Source: Basidiobolus meristosporus CBS 931.73
Lineage: Eukaryota > Fungi > Basidiobolomycota
Direction: 5' to 3'
Assembly (NCBI GenBank): GCA_002104905.1
Contig: MCFE01000743.1
Coordinates: 1-40,248, forward strand
Length of the DNA stretch: 40,248 nt
Every line of letters starts with the position of its first letter. The stretch's first letter is position 1. The notes below the pieces were generated by a model. That model was not told the DNA's origin. It did not search any database and saw nothing but the letters and a program-made list of their open reading frames with translations. The translations under genes were made by a program, and so were the position numbers. Below, in pieces: positions 11,355-24,614 of this stretch.

Positions 11355-12664
11355 GCCACCACCATCCCCTCCCATCATGGGTTCGTCACCCGTTGGGGGC
11401 TTCAAGTCCCACAAGTGGAATGTGATTGGTAAGCGTGGGTGAGCATTTAATCTACGTGGCATTAGGTGGCAACTGCATAAGCCATCAGTTTTGTCCCCAC
11501 AATTCGATGTTCCAGTGATGAATTGACCGAAATGGTATTTCTTGCTTCCTTGTGCCATTGGATTGCCAGAAAGGGCTCAGAGAGACGTAGGTACAAAGCG
11601 ATAACCAGAGACGAGGAGCAGCAGCAGCAGCTGGGATTGCTAAGCTGGGGGATGGGGCCTGGATCGGCCCATATAGATCGCCTAAGACAAACGGGCCATG
11701 GCTCCAGGAAATTGGGGACATGGGGCAGTCCACCTCCTTCGGTCGAAGAGTAAGCCCGGCTTGCTCAAGCCCACGGTAAGCATTTGCGCATTGCCCTGGC
11801 GTCCATGGAGTCCATGGTCTCCTGCCATCCATCTCATTTTGCCTTAACGGGGATGTCTCTGATTTAAAGAGCACATCTCCCCAGACGCTAATTTGCATTC
11901 CTGCTATCGAGATATATAGATCGATGAGGGACTGCGATTAACTCCGAAGCATAAAATCGGCAGGCCAGCTTAAACAAACGATGACCCAGAGCCCTCCTTG
12001 GGAAATGCGCTACGTCAGGCTGTGTCAGGAAGAAAATCCGCACTAATCTTGGAATCTTCTTTTGTCCGATGCACATCGTGGATGTGTTTCCGCATGGGTG
12101 TTTGCCGCCTGCATCCCATGGTTGAGTGGTCTTGCCATCGTTGAGCTGTTTCGACTCACTGCACCCGACTGGATGAATCGGCTTCAATCGCAAGGGGACC
12201 GCGAACACAAGCATTAATTAAATGTCTGAAAGCTCTCCTTTGGTTTAGATTGTGGTGTTCCTTTTCTGGAAATTCAATTGATGCGCAACTTAGGGATTAA
12301 TGAGAGGCGGTTTGTTTTGACTCTATTGTGCGTTCAATAGGTTAAACTAAAACTGAATCCAATAATTGCGGCCTCCCTTTTCTCCTTTCAGAATCACCCC
12401 TTGTTCGCTCTCAGGTCGGCTAGTTTTCTATATTTTGCCAGCATCCGCCCGTTCAGCAGTCTGTTGCCTCCGCTTTATTGTTCTTGCGCTCCCGCCGTGG
12501 CTTCTTTTACCCAAGCTCTTGCCCTCTCTTGTTGACGAAAATCGGCCACCCACTCTTTTGGTTAGTCAACCCACCTCAGTGCTGCACACGTCCCTGGCAC
12601 AAACCACTTGGCCACCCACCTGAGACCTCTTGACTGCTCTACTTGTTTCATCTCCAACCACCCT

Positions 12665-13030
12665 ATGCTCTCAGCCTCTGCCTCCGGAAATATACCTACG
12701 CCTGGTATGAACGTTATGTCCGAGCACAAGCTAAAAAAAATGATGGAGCTCAACACCCACTTGAAATGCCAACTCGATCAACAGCGAGTTCCAATCTCTC
12801 AGGCTAGCCATATGTAAGCAGTCCATCCCCTTGCCCATGTGCAATCCCTTTCAGTTGAAACTGGAATTACTCTTCCGCTTGCTGCAGGCTAACTTACTCT
12901 CTTGCCTTCCAGGCTCATCAAATACGTGACGACAACCCGGGATTACCTGGTGCCTTCTGTCTGGGGCTCTCCAAACACCAACGACCTGTTTGCGGCCAAA
13001 GGAGCCGGATGCGAATGTAACATTATGTAA
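12665..13030 (+). CDS. Heterotrimeric G-protein gamma subunit (Gpg1/Ste18-like), 2 exons: 12665 (or 12716)-12813, 12913-13030
   Basis: Spliced product ...MSEHKLKKMMELNTHLKCQLDQQRVPISQASHMLIKYVTTTRDYLVPSVWGSPNTNDLFAAKGAGCECNIM*. GGL-domain pattern (RVPISQAS..LI.Y....D.LVPSVWG) plus a C-terminal CAAX (CNIM) with an upstream Cys. Confidence 0.88.
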
Positions 13031-13546
13031 AAAGGGCGCGAGGACTGGCACTATTCTTGACACTTAGTTATTTAATTTAATATATATCTGTCCTTGGCCC
13101 CTATAGCACTATTTCACATGCACACCCGTTATTCATGTTCTCAGCCTGAGGACCACCTATGCTCAGGCCCGTTTTGTTCATCGGATTCCTTTCGTACAGT
13201 TTCAAGATCGCCCGTAAGGAGCGTCTCGTTACTACGCTGCCTTCCACTGCTGGGGCCAGGTGTGACTGAAGATATGTCTCCCGTCTCTATATGGCATCTT
13301 GTATGATTGATATGAAGATCGATTTATAAAATAGTAAATCTCGATCTGGCCCAAGGGTTGCTCAGTGTCCTGGTCCGGTGGGGTCCATGGAATTTATTAG
13401 CTTAGATAGAAGGGTCGTGGGCCAACCAGGTGGTTGGGGCGGGGTGTGGGTGTGTGTGTTGGGTAGACAGCGGCAATCATATGAGCCGACGGTGATTTGT
13501 GGGTGCTCTAGAGATTGCAAACTCCCAGCCAGAGGGCCTTTCGAGT

Positions 13547-15928
13547 TCAAGCAGATAGAACAAGTATTTCCTCACCAGACTCCAGGCCATAGTAGTTGAT
13601 CTCCCTGAGGTCGTCGTCCATCGGATAGTCAAGCTAGAATGGGGCGGTTAGCTGGCGGAGTGGCCGGGATAAGCATCAGCACGTCACTTACAATCTGCGC
13701 TTGGCCTTCTGCTCCGTTCAGGTATCTTCGGTACAGCATTTGCTGGTTGGCGGGGACCTGAAGCAGCTTTTGTAGCAGGCTTTTGAGGCTGCGGATGGTC
13801 ATGGTGCCTAGCAAGAACAGACTGGGGAGTGAGCGCTCCGGGTCATTCCGTAATGAGCGTCAAGGTGGGACGGGATGAACTTTACCTAGCAGCTTCTTTT
13901 TGACGGTTTTGATGGGCTCAGCATCCTTATGCTCGCGCTTTGTGATGGTGATGGCTAGGAACATGGGCGATTTAGTCACGGTAGGCGGCTCCGAACCATC
14001 CCAGGCTATCGCTTACCTAAGAGGCGATCCTTCAATTTGTTGCTGTCATTTAAAGGGTTCTTCGCAGCCACGGGCGCGCCATGAACTACACGGGTGGGCT
14101 TGTTAGCATGCGGCCAGCAAACGGGGATTTCAATGGGCCTGCAAGTTCTTACGCTGGCACAGCTCCTGGTATCTGGGGTGCACAAGCTCGGGATTCTCCA
14201 GTGCCTCCTTGGCAATGGAGGACAAATAGAATCGCTCCAGGTCCGCTCGTTCGCTAGCTGTGATCTGGGTAGGGTGGGGGGTTAGTGGATCGTTGTTGGT
14301 CAGTATTCCCTGCATACGGGCTCGGCCACTTAGACGCCTTTTACCTGTGTTCCATTCAGGTTCGTCAGCTTCCCGAGTCGTCCGATCAACATGGCACGCG
14401 CATTGGCCTCGGAAGAGCCTGGAAAACGCCACACCACTGTTACTCACAAGATACAGCGCAAGGTCGTAGAAGGCACCTACCTGAAACCACCGGGTTGCCC
14501 CGCATGCGGAGCTCACGGAGGCGCGGGAAAAGATTGAGCTGATCTATCGACCCCCATTGCTCTATGTTGCAACTGGTGAGATTGAGTGATTCCAGCGCTT
14601 CGAAGCCTCCCAAATACTTCAGGCGGTTTAAGGCGTTAAAGGACAAATTGATTTCCCGCAATCTAGCAGACAGAGTCAACGTCGGCGGAACTCGAGTATT
14701 TTATAACATAAGTGCGTTACCTGGGAAGCTCCGAGAAGACCTGCACAGCATCCCAATCTTCGACTCTGTTGCTTTCTATGTCCAGAACCTCCAGATTCGC
14801 AAAGCCTTGGACTGCATGGCCCGGAGAAGTGAACATGGAGATCCCATTGAATCCAATATGAAGTTGGCGAAGCGCCTTCATGCATGGCGCCAAGCATTCA
14901 ACCTGAAGCATCAGACATGAGACATGGGTTAGCTGGGTCTTTACAATACAAAGCGGGTTGGGGCCACCTGTTCCCAAGTGATTCTTGTTTTGTTCGAGGA
15001 CAGGATCTCTAGCGCCATAAACGCGTTAGTACGCGAGAAGGGCGCGGTCAATGGCTCGAAGCGGTTTCGACTGATGGAAAACAGCGAGTTAAGTAATAGT
15101 TATCAATGCAGCGCTGAATCTTATGAACGCACTTAACACGCAGGATACTCAGCTCGCCCAGTTGCTCACAAATATCCGCCACTACCTCCCAGTTGGGAAG
15201 CAGGTTTTGGGAGAGGTTCAGGTCTCTTATCTCTAGAGTGGCCAACTAAATCAACCACGGATTTACAAGGAATAGGTCCCCAACATATACGTACTTGGAG
15301 CAACTTGTCGAATCTCACCCGGCACTCCCGCAGACGAGATTTCATAGTCATCTAGCCCCACCTCTACTATTTGGCCCAGGTTACTGGGTTCGCAAAATGA
15401 AGTCAATTAAGGTCGCTTTGCATGGAGGAGCTGTCGAAGGGGCCAGAAATACCTCTGGTGTTTGTGGATCTTTTCAAAACCAACCGCCTCCACCTCAATC
15501 TTTGGATTGGCCCCAAACTGGATTTTGTAAATATCTTGCGTCGAATCCTCCAGGTGGATGTCGTTTTGTTGAACGTATTTGCATCTCAAAGCGTCAAGAA
15601 ACGTGCCACCAAACTTAATTTTCGCCGAGGGCCGAACAAACGAGGCGCTGTTGGGCTTGCTATGGATAATGGTCAGACCAATCTCCGCGAACATGGGCTG
15701 CTTGCAGCTGGATTCTATCTCGTACCTGCATTGAAAGTATCTTCTCCCTTCGTGTTCGCCGGAATGTTTACCACGCTCCTGATCATCCCACTCTACACCA
15801 AACCAAACGCCTTTTGTCGGGGGAACCTCGCCGTAGAAACGAATGGTCGCAAAGTGATTATCGATCTTTACCCTGGCGCCAACCACTGCTCTTGCCTCAT
15901 AGGCCCTAGCATCTTCTGACTTGGACAT
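13547..15928 (-). CDS. TBCE: Tubulin-specific chaperone E (CAP-Gly, LRR, C-terminal ubiquitin-like), multi-exon
   Basis: CAP-Gly GVWFGVEWDDQERGKHSG; LRR segments (LNLSQNLLPNWEVV, LNLSFNAL, LNLTSCNIEQW, LRELRMRGNPV); UBL end TIRSLKSLLQKLLQVP...DDDLREINYYGLESGEEILV. Confidence 0.93.
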
Positions 15929-16288
15929 ATTACCTACTGCTGAATGAAACCAAGCTTAGCCTGGAAACCGTAGCTACGTTCTGCCAAAATTAACACCTAG
16001 GATCGGGTGAAAATCCGTATAAACCAGGAACGATGGATTTATTTAAACCAGAATTTGACGAGCCTGGCATTGATCATTGAGGCTTGGTGAGGCAGCTACC
16101 AGGAGTAAGGATCGAATCGCTTGGAAGCTGCCAATCAACCCAATCATACTGGTAAACTCAAGGTGGGGATAAACACCAACATGGTGATTTGATCAAGTTA
16201 TGAAAACTCGATCTAGTCAACCTAAATACCATAAAAATTGGCCCTCAACTGTCAGTCACGACTACTTCCTCTTCACTACTCCAAGTCC

Positions 16289-17568
16289 ATGTCATATATA
16301 GGACCCCAGTTACCGAAGGGCGAGGGGCCTGCCACCAGTTCTGGAGGCTCCGATCCGGAATCTCCTAGAGAGATCGGCCCCTCCCTACCTCCTACTGATC
16401 AAAGGAATATGGTGGGCCCCGTCCTACCCCCAGAACTGCAAAAAAAGCCCACAGAAAACGAGCAGGGCGAAGTTAAACCAAGTAATCAAGGCGCTGATGC
16501 GGCGTCCGAGGAGGAATCCTACGGGCCCTCACTTCCACCAGAGTTACTCGCTACAAGAGCTGCAACGGCAAAACCAAAAAGGGGGCCAATTGGACCCCAG
16601 CTTCCACCAGGTCTGGGGCAAAACTCGTCCGTCGATGAGGACATAGTAGGGCCCATGCTTCCAGATTCCAATACAGACGTATGTGCTATCGATTGTGCGT
16701 ATTTCGACCTGCCAGCTAACTTGGGGCGTGTTTTCAGACTACCAGCGATCTAAACTCCAAGATACGTGAGATTGAGGAACGTGCACAACGCACTAGAGAC
16801 TTGGAGAATGTACGTGGAATTCAGCAGGACATTTTCATGCAGTGTTTGAGCCAAGACGACTGACTTTTATCTAGGCGGCTGAAAAATCTCAGAAAGTAGA
16901 GCGTGGTGAATGGATGCTTGTCCCACCCACGTCAAAAACCCCAGGATCAGGTATGACCTCAGCTCGCCACTTGCCATTCGTTCTATTTACTTATGCAGGT
17001 CCTTAGACCCTCTGAACATCAAGGCCCGTCAGTTTGCGAAGAACTCTCGTGATTTAGATTTCGACTCATCTGGCTGGACAGACACACCGGCCGATCGTGA
17101 GAAGAAACTCCACCAAGAGAGGGTAATGTTCTTCTTGCAACAGGGCCCAGGATTTGGCTAACTGTTGTACTCCTTAGGACACCAAAGGAAAGCGAAAGAA
17201 AGAAATCAACGAGGACTTCGAAAACGCCAAGCTTCACGAGAAAGAAAGGAACATTGCCAAGGAAGTGAGCGAGTATAACGTACGTTTTGGCGAGACAGAG
17301 CGACCAGCTGCATGTACGAGTGCTAACTGTTTCCTCACACCAGATGACCCACAGACCCAAGTCGCTCATGGAGATGCATCTCGAGTCCAAAGCTAGCAAG
17401 AAGCGTGCACTCGGATATGATGAAGATGACCCAACCCAGAGAAGATTCGACCGAGACAAGGATCTCAGCATCAAAACGCTCGATCCCAAGAAGCAGAAGG
17501 AGCTGTTGGCCCGTGCCGGTAGTCTGGGTAACCGATTCTCTCGTGGAAATAAGGGATCTTTTCTTTGA
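16289..17568 (+). CDS. GPALPP1: GPALPP-motif protein 1 (DUF3752), multi-exon
   Basis: Repeated IGPQLP/IGPSLPP/VGPVLPP/YGPSLPP/IGPQLPP/VGPMLP motifs, then RGEWMLVPP, SSGWTDTPADREKK, SLMEMH, RRFDRDKDL, LGNRFSRG. Confidence 0.85.
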
Positions 17569-18036
17569 GGAAGGATCCCATCCGCCGCCTTGTTCGGTAT
17601 AGTCCTAATCCTTCACTGAAAACCAGGTGTCGATGAATCTGTCAATGCACTGACCCCCTTATCGCTTGATGCATCTATACTTGTCTAGCTTTTCTCGCTT
17701 GTTTGTCTTTTTACTTCTCTCCAACGCCACATGCTTGGATTACCAAGTGGTCAATAAAATAGATGGTTTCGTGCAAATACCACCCCATATCCGCCCACCA
17801 TAGCACAGAGGCTGTTGGTGTTGCTGCTTCAAGCCTGAGTTGCAGTACCTTGACCATCATTGGAGGTTGCCGGGTTACCGCAAAATCCGCTCTTTCCTTT
17901 GCCAAAAAGGAGGGGCGCGTTATGTTGCATGGTTTATTTGTCAACACGTCAAATCAAAGGAAGGGTTGCCTCGGTCCACTTTCAAAATAGAATTTACAGA
18001 GTACATGATGTTTTGCGAAGCTGGGGTAGAGATGGT

Positions 18037-18817
18037 TCATTCCAGGTCTAGGATGGATGGATCGGTCAACAGCCTCTCTAGCCTGGCAGCGTATATGTGA
18101 TAGGTCTTTTTGGTCTCTCGAAAAGACTTTAGAAACACATCGAGCTCAAGCTGCCCAGATAAGTATTGATTGGCCAGGTCGTCCGCCTCATGGTCGATGG
18201 TGGCAACTTTGCTGCGAAGCTGGTTTAAGATATTATCTCTAGAGAAGCGCTTGATGGCCTCTGAACGTAGCTTGGTCTGCTCGTCAAACACCGTTTTCTT
18301 CTCTTTCCATTCAAGTTCGAAGTTGGTGATAGATTCACGCAATCGCTCAAGCTCAGGCTGCTTGCTCAGGCTGCTTCCTAAGTTGGCGAAGATGATGGAA
18401 GCGGTTAGTTGAAGATGTCGATGCAGATGTCCGACAGCGCAGACACAGAAAACCAAAGAAAAGGGGGGAAAGTGTGCCCTTCCACTTACTTGCCAGGCTC
18501 TCGTTTCCCTCTTTGAGCTCGCGATGCACTGTCTCGACGTTTAACACTTGCTCTAGTTGGCTGAAATATTTTTCAAACTCCTCCTCGTCAGACAGAAGTT
18601 TTTCCAGCTCCTCTGGGCTTAAAAAAGGTTGAATATTAGCCCATACAGTAAAACAGATGCATTATCAACAAAGGGCCCATTCAAAGCCTTGATCGAATCG
18701 ACCAACAGCACAATGGGAATCGCAGAACCAGGTGGATATAAACCTTTTATTAGCAATGGAGGGGAAGTCGTTAGGAAGCGAGCTTGAGCGGACAGGTTGG
18801 CCAGTTGCAGAATACAT
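18037..18817 (-). CDS. VPS37: ESCRT-I subunit Vps37/Srn2 (Mod(r) domain), ~3 exons
   Basis: MYSATGQPVRSSSLPNDFPSIANK|SPEELEKLLSDEEEFEKYF...; C-terminal NILNQLRSKVATIDHEADDLANQYLSGQLELDVFLKSFRETKKTYHIYAARLERL matches the Mod(r) pattern. Confidence 0.8.
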
Positions 18818-20178
18818 TGTTGCGTGGAGCCTACAAGGTAGGTTACGAGATATGGCAAAGAGTGAATTTCCACCAGCCTTATTCCATGGATAGCCATTCT
18901 ATTTCAATTATGGCAGTTTCATCATGGCTGACCCGAGATAAACAAGAACCTAACCATCTCTGCCGCAATTTGCGTAACTCTGCACAACCTGGTCCCGGAT
19001 GATTGCTGCTGGCAGGATGCCAAAGGAGCTTAATGAATATGACGTGTCGCAGCCTAAAACGGCCGAGCCCGAGTACCGCCACCCTTGTAAAATGGCAACA
19101 TGATCTGCGAGCCGGACAGCTTGGATAAGCTGCGACTGGCATGAGCCAGCATCGTCAGCGCTCAGAGGATCTGAAGCGAGCGCAGGGAGCCGGATTGCCA
19201 TCCACCAACTTATTTTGATCGGGTCGAAATCAGCTGGTCTCCATCACCCCTCCAGTGGACAGAGATCAACACACCTCGGATGCAATTTGGGCATTCATGA
19301 GGCAATCAGAGGTTCAGCCTGAATCCTGAAACGACAGCCAACCTCCTCGCATCACCATCGTGTTCCAGCAAAGCCCTGGCGAGCCTGTTTGCAGCCGGCA
19401 TGTCTGGAACGGCTCAACACCGCACGCGTTGATGATGCAACACCCACCCGACGCTCCCGCTGGTCAAGTCCATCGTCACTTACAAACGTGGCTGCCTGCG
19501 GCGTCCAATGCCGAAGGCGTCGACCGATGAGATCAAAACACTGGAGGTAGCTGCGGCCTTGTAATCCATCCAAATGCATGTAACACTGGCAGTGAGTCGC
19601 GGTGCAAAATCAAGGAATTGTGCTCGGCACTACGAATGCAGGATATGATGCAAGTCATATGGATTTGGCAGCCTTCTGATTGGCCATAGAGGCAAACGGT
19701 GCAGCTGATTGGCCGCTGGAAGACATGCCCAGCTATTAGTGATGGGCCACGGAAGTCAGTCACGGCGGGTAGTCAGGGGGATGTAGAGCAGAGTCCATGG
19801 CGATTCGATCACCCCTCGCAGTTTGTAAATCCTTGGTTTGGATCTGTTTAGCTGTGAATGGCCAGGTGAGACTGGAATCAGATGACATCCATTGTATTGA
19901 GACCCGGTGTCCATGATATATTATCTGGCCTGACAAATTCTTTTTCTTTGTTCTGCATGGATCCATTATTTTAATTTTGATAAGCAAGGCTGTTCCATTG
20001 AAACTAAGCGCATCAAGAACCAATCCGAACATGGCCTAATGCCGGACTTTTTGCAACTTGGGTTGGGCTGTCGTTTAAATACAGCCTGAATGCCATGGCA
20101 ATTTCATTCCTGTCCCTTACACCTGTCCACCGCTCTGCCCTTTCTCCTTTAGCCCACTTCCAGGCAAGAACCTTCGTC

Positions 20179-20933
20179 ATGAGAAACTCGTTTAGTCCTA
20201 GCTTATCTGACAAGCTGAGTCCTCGTAAGCGTACTGCCAACGTGGAGTTGGAGCAGCCATCTTCGAAACGCTTCACCCCCGATATACGACGCTATTACGA
20301 AACCGGTCTTTCGCAACATCGCTCCACACGAGCCTCTCTTGTTCCTGGCGAGAAAAGGTATGTCTCAGGAGTGGACATTCATTCCTTGATTGCCAAGGTG
20401 AGCCGTACGGTGACTTTCGTATTTACTGCTGGCTAACCCCTTGAGAATCCCCAAAGTTTGATAACGGGCAGACCCCCAAGCGCTATCGTCGCTCTTCGCA
20501 CCAATCTCAGGACAGTAGACTTAGCTTGAGTGCGGGATCAACTCGCAGCTCCGTCGACATACCCCTAGACGTGCAACATATCGATGAAATTACGCCTGTG
20601 ATCCGCAATATCAAGGAAGAAGAGATTTTTGGTTCCAATAAATCCAAGAATCCGCTCCTACAGAGTGTGGACGAGCCAGACTTCCCCAAGCCGCCATGTG
20701 CTGACTCTATTCGCTCGCGCCATTCAGCCAACCTTCCAGAGTTCAGTATCCATCGCAAGCGGGGCAACGCACACTCACCCTTCACTAGTTCCAAGGAGGA
20801 TCCAGAAAAGGGCTTCCGATGCTCCATCTGCTGCCGGGTCATGGCCACTGACTCTAAGACCTTTGCTATTGTTGACGGACAGTACTATTGTCCAGCACAC
20901 TTCTCGCTTACCATCCCAGTGTCGTTGCTATGA
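20179..20933 (+). CDS. Low-complexity protein with a single C-terminal LIM-type zinc finger (half-LIM); exons 20179-20397, 20457-20933
   Basis: Phase-0 intron GTGAGC...CTAAC...AAG joins two ORFs (..IHSLIAK|FDNGQTPK..). The C-terminus FRCSICCRVMATDSKTFAIVDGQYYCPAH is C-x2-C-x19-C-x2-H. An alternative ATG lies upstream at 20095. Confidence 0.6.
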
Positions 20934-22978
20934 TCCAAAAATGATGTTGATTTTCATTTTTGCAACATGTACCTTTGTCGATAATGTTAATTCCGTTTTC
21001 TCTGCCAGAATCATATATGCCTCAAAACGTGTGTAATCTTCAATAAAACATCCAACTTCCCTAGAGTTCCCAATTGCTGTTGCCCGTCCTGCACAACTTA
21101 CGGCCATTGTACCGCAGAGGTGTTGATATAAATAGAAATCCACGGTCAAAGGTACTGAACACACCATTTCCCTGATCTGGGTAACACACATACATGGCAG
21201 ATGGTGCAGATTGGAACCATCAGCTTAGGTGTGAATTGCTTTTGGTTTGCGCTCTCACAAAGATAATCAGCCATTGACATCACCATGACCTAATGTATCG
21301 ATGAAAGCTGGTTTGCAGATACTGGCGTTCCATATGGTCGTTGTATGACATCTGTTCCAAAGACCATCTGCACTCCACAATGGCCTTGCTAGTATGACTA
21401 GCCCCTTATCTATACACACCAACCCACCCGCGTCTTGCCAACTGTGCCTCTATGATTCATCGTTTGTGGCGAGAATAGGCCCAATGAAGTATGGGCTTGG
21501 ATCGGCTGCAAAGGAGCTCCTTTGTCTTGAGATAAGCAGTGTGATTCTGGGAACCCTCCCTTCAAGCATTGGCATGCCGTTGATGGGTATATACCCGTAG
21601 TGAGCCCATGGATCCCTCTCCTGTGGGGAGTCGGGTTGCCTTACTGGTTTATTCGATCCATAACGAACCTACTGAGCAAGGCTGCCTCGTCAGTATCCTA
21701 TGGTAGAATCCACAAAATACTGCACGGCATAGAACAAAAGAGATCGATCCCATGAACGGGAAACGCTGGTTGCAAGATTATCTCAGGCCCACCACTGAAG
21801 TTAGGGCCTGTATCGGCTATCAGACGGTGTGTGCCATGCCAGGCCATCAGGCGAGAGGCATCTGGCAAGCCGAGGCGATATCTACCTGGTGCCAATGACA
21901 TGATTAAAAGCACACCTCCTCGCTCCGCCAACTCAGTGTTCACATTGGCCTCATTTGTTCCCTATACATGATTTCAAGGCCAAACACGCAGCCTCATAGT
22001 GGCACACATTATGCTGTAGGATGATTTTGTTCATTTGTTCAACATTTGTCGAGAGTCAATTGATGTTAACCTGTGTACATAGGTGACACCAGACAGTAGT
22101 AAGCCCTCAAATCGAGGTTTGCAGCAAATCAGCTCTATGCAAACAAGTATTGGTGGTCGGGAGCAGGTTCGCATCACGATTCGGTGGCAGGAGCCAGTAC
22201 CATTGATCCCAATGGGGAAGAACGCTAGTTCAAAGCAGGATTACGGTGATCAAATTCCCAAGTAATGAACCCTCTACTGAGCTAAAGTGTGACTCCATTC
22301 AAGTAGCTGGTGCTCTGCATGCGCAAGGTGAATTTTACGAATGCTACTTCTGCATTCCCTACAAAAATCAACAGTAACCTACGTTTCGTGAGTAGCCTCA
22401 GTCGGACTAGGAAAAATCGTAGTCTGCATCAATTATCATCCGGCCGTCATCTAACAAGGGCTCCAAGTGGTATATTTGGCTGCAAGTGAAGGATAACGTA
22501 ATTGATGCAAGGATGGCTGGTTGTGCAGTGTATCGACAGCTTAACCGCTATTATCTATTACACTGCCTTTAATGTCAAGGAATTGTGATGGTTTATAATT
22601 GCGTCCTATTCATTCCTGCATGAAACACTACAATGATCAAACAGAATAGGCACCTGGATTTAACTTTGTTCCCGGCTTTATCCCGACCATCTGTGTGCTA
22701 CTTAATTCTCTTCGTGCCACTAAATACTGTTGCTCTCCTGCCACAAAAAAGATTCGTTCTTCCTCTTATATTATTTCAGTGCTCAACTGGATCCGAATCA
22801 TTTCCCCACTTGTTCGGCTTTCTGTCCCCTTTGTCACTAGACCATTAAATCTATAAATATTCTCCAAAGTACTCGTACACTCGTTTTCATCTAATTCCGC
22901 GCCCTCTCGCCGTAGTTAACAAGTTCTTGTAGAGCTGGCTCTATCATAATAATCCTTTCACCTTACGTGAAGCTCACT

Positions 22979-24614
22979 ATGAAATCTAGTTTTTTGATTG
23001 CTGGCATTTTTTGCCTTGTCTTCTGCCTTGTTTTTTCTTCCGCTGGGACGGCGGGTCGACGCTCTCAGTAAGTGACAATAGACATTGCCTAGAGATGAGT
23101 CCTTGGATCCCGGCTGACACACACATCCCTTTATAGATGTAACCAAGCTTCTTGCAGGTCAAATTTGATGCGTAGAGATGAAATCGACGACCAGAATTCC
23201 ACTGATACAGATGTATACCAGGAGGTAGCTACAGAGGGCGAGCCTCCGGTTCTTCCTACTCCTGAGGGCACCGAGGAAACCTCCTCAGAGTTCTCCCCAT
23301 ACACCATGCCTCCCGGTGAAGATGGTGTCCCAATTGCTACTCCTACTGCTACACCAACTACCCTTTGGGATGACGACGGAAATGCCTATGTGTTCCCTGT
23401 ACCTTCTGATGGTAATCCAGTGTTAAGTATGCCTACCCCTTTCACCACTTGGGATGATTACGGTAGCGCGACAGTTATTACTCCTACCCTGCCAGTGAAG
23501 ACTCTCTGGAATGATGATGGGAATGCCGTCATGTATACTCCGACATTTGATGCTGTGGCTAGTGTGCCTTCCGACGCATTACCTTCCGAAATCCCCACTC
23601 CCACCGATCAGGCGTTGGATCCCAACACCGAGATCCCAGTACCCACCGACCAACCATTGGATTCCAACACCGAGAACCCATCTCCAGTTCAGGTAGCTGC
23701 TGAAAATAGTGACCCAGCATCGGGGAATATTGAGGTTGGTAGCGAAGAACAAGTTGCATCGACTACCAACCAGCGTATGCCAGTCATAATTGGTGGTTCA
23801 GTCGGTGCTCTTGCCCTTGTGGTGGGTATTGGCGGATTCGTTGGCTACCGTGCGGTTAGAAACCGCCGTAAATCCCAATGGTTTAAACCCGAATACAAAG
23901 ATACCAAAGGTAAGCATGTGCTGGCGTAGACTCTTCTGACTGGGTTCTATGAGATTAACCTCGTTTTCAGGATTTTTCGACTTGAAGGAAGTGGCGGAAA
24001 TCGCCGCCCATTCGCCTGGTATGAACACTCCAATGCCGATGAAGAGCGCCTCAACCCCGGCTCCAGCCTCATTTCCCTCGATATCTCATCAACCCCTCGC
24101 CTCTAGCCCTAAATTACCTTCAGTTCCTCCACTTGTTCAAAGGAATAATACTTATAATGGTCTATTCGTGCCTTCTTTTGATCAGCCAACAAGAACCAGT
24201 TCCCAGAGTTCTGTAGGGATTAGAGAGTCGGCGTTGGAAGGTAACCAACCTAATTTACAAATTGATCAACCGTTTGCTAACAAGATATCTATTCTAGAAA
24301 CAATCATTGTCGGTTTTTCTGACTTCGAGGAGAATAACCGCCATAGAGACTCCACCAACTATCGTCTCTCAACCAGCCCTTCGGCTAACACTCACGACTC
24401 GAGCATTGTTATTGAGGAACCGTTGTTTGTGATGACTGCGCTTCTGCCGTATATGCCACAGCGACCAAATGAAATGCTTGTTCAATCTGGTGATGAGATT
24501 GTCATTACGGAAGAAGTTGGCGAGGAGTGGCTTGGCGGATATAACAAATCCCGCGATCCGGACACAAAGGGGTACTTCCCCAGAACATGCGTAACTGGAA
24601 GTTCGTATCTGTGA
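22979..24614 (+). CDS. Type I membrane protein: signal peptide, acidic P/T-rich ectodomain, TM helix, cytosolic C-terminal SH3; exons 22979-23067, 23137-23909, 23971-24614
   Basis: MKSSFLIAGIFCLVFCLVFSSAG signal peptide; TM VIIGGSVGALALVVGIGGFVGY followed by RAVRNRRK; SH3 ALLPYMPQRPNEMLVQSGDEIVITEEVGEEWLGGYN...KGYFPRTCV. Confidence 0.85.

Noticed and set aside
21190-22300. Possible minus-strand gene with a PICTICH (RING-like) fragment
   Set aside because: Could not assemble a stop-free spliced frame or the remaining zinc ligands.
12665-24614. G-gamma plus Fus1-like SH3 protein as a mating/pheromone cluster
   Set aside because: 10 kb apart with unrelated housekeeping genes between; no receptor, pheromone or homeodomain/HMG gene seen.
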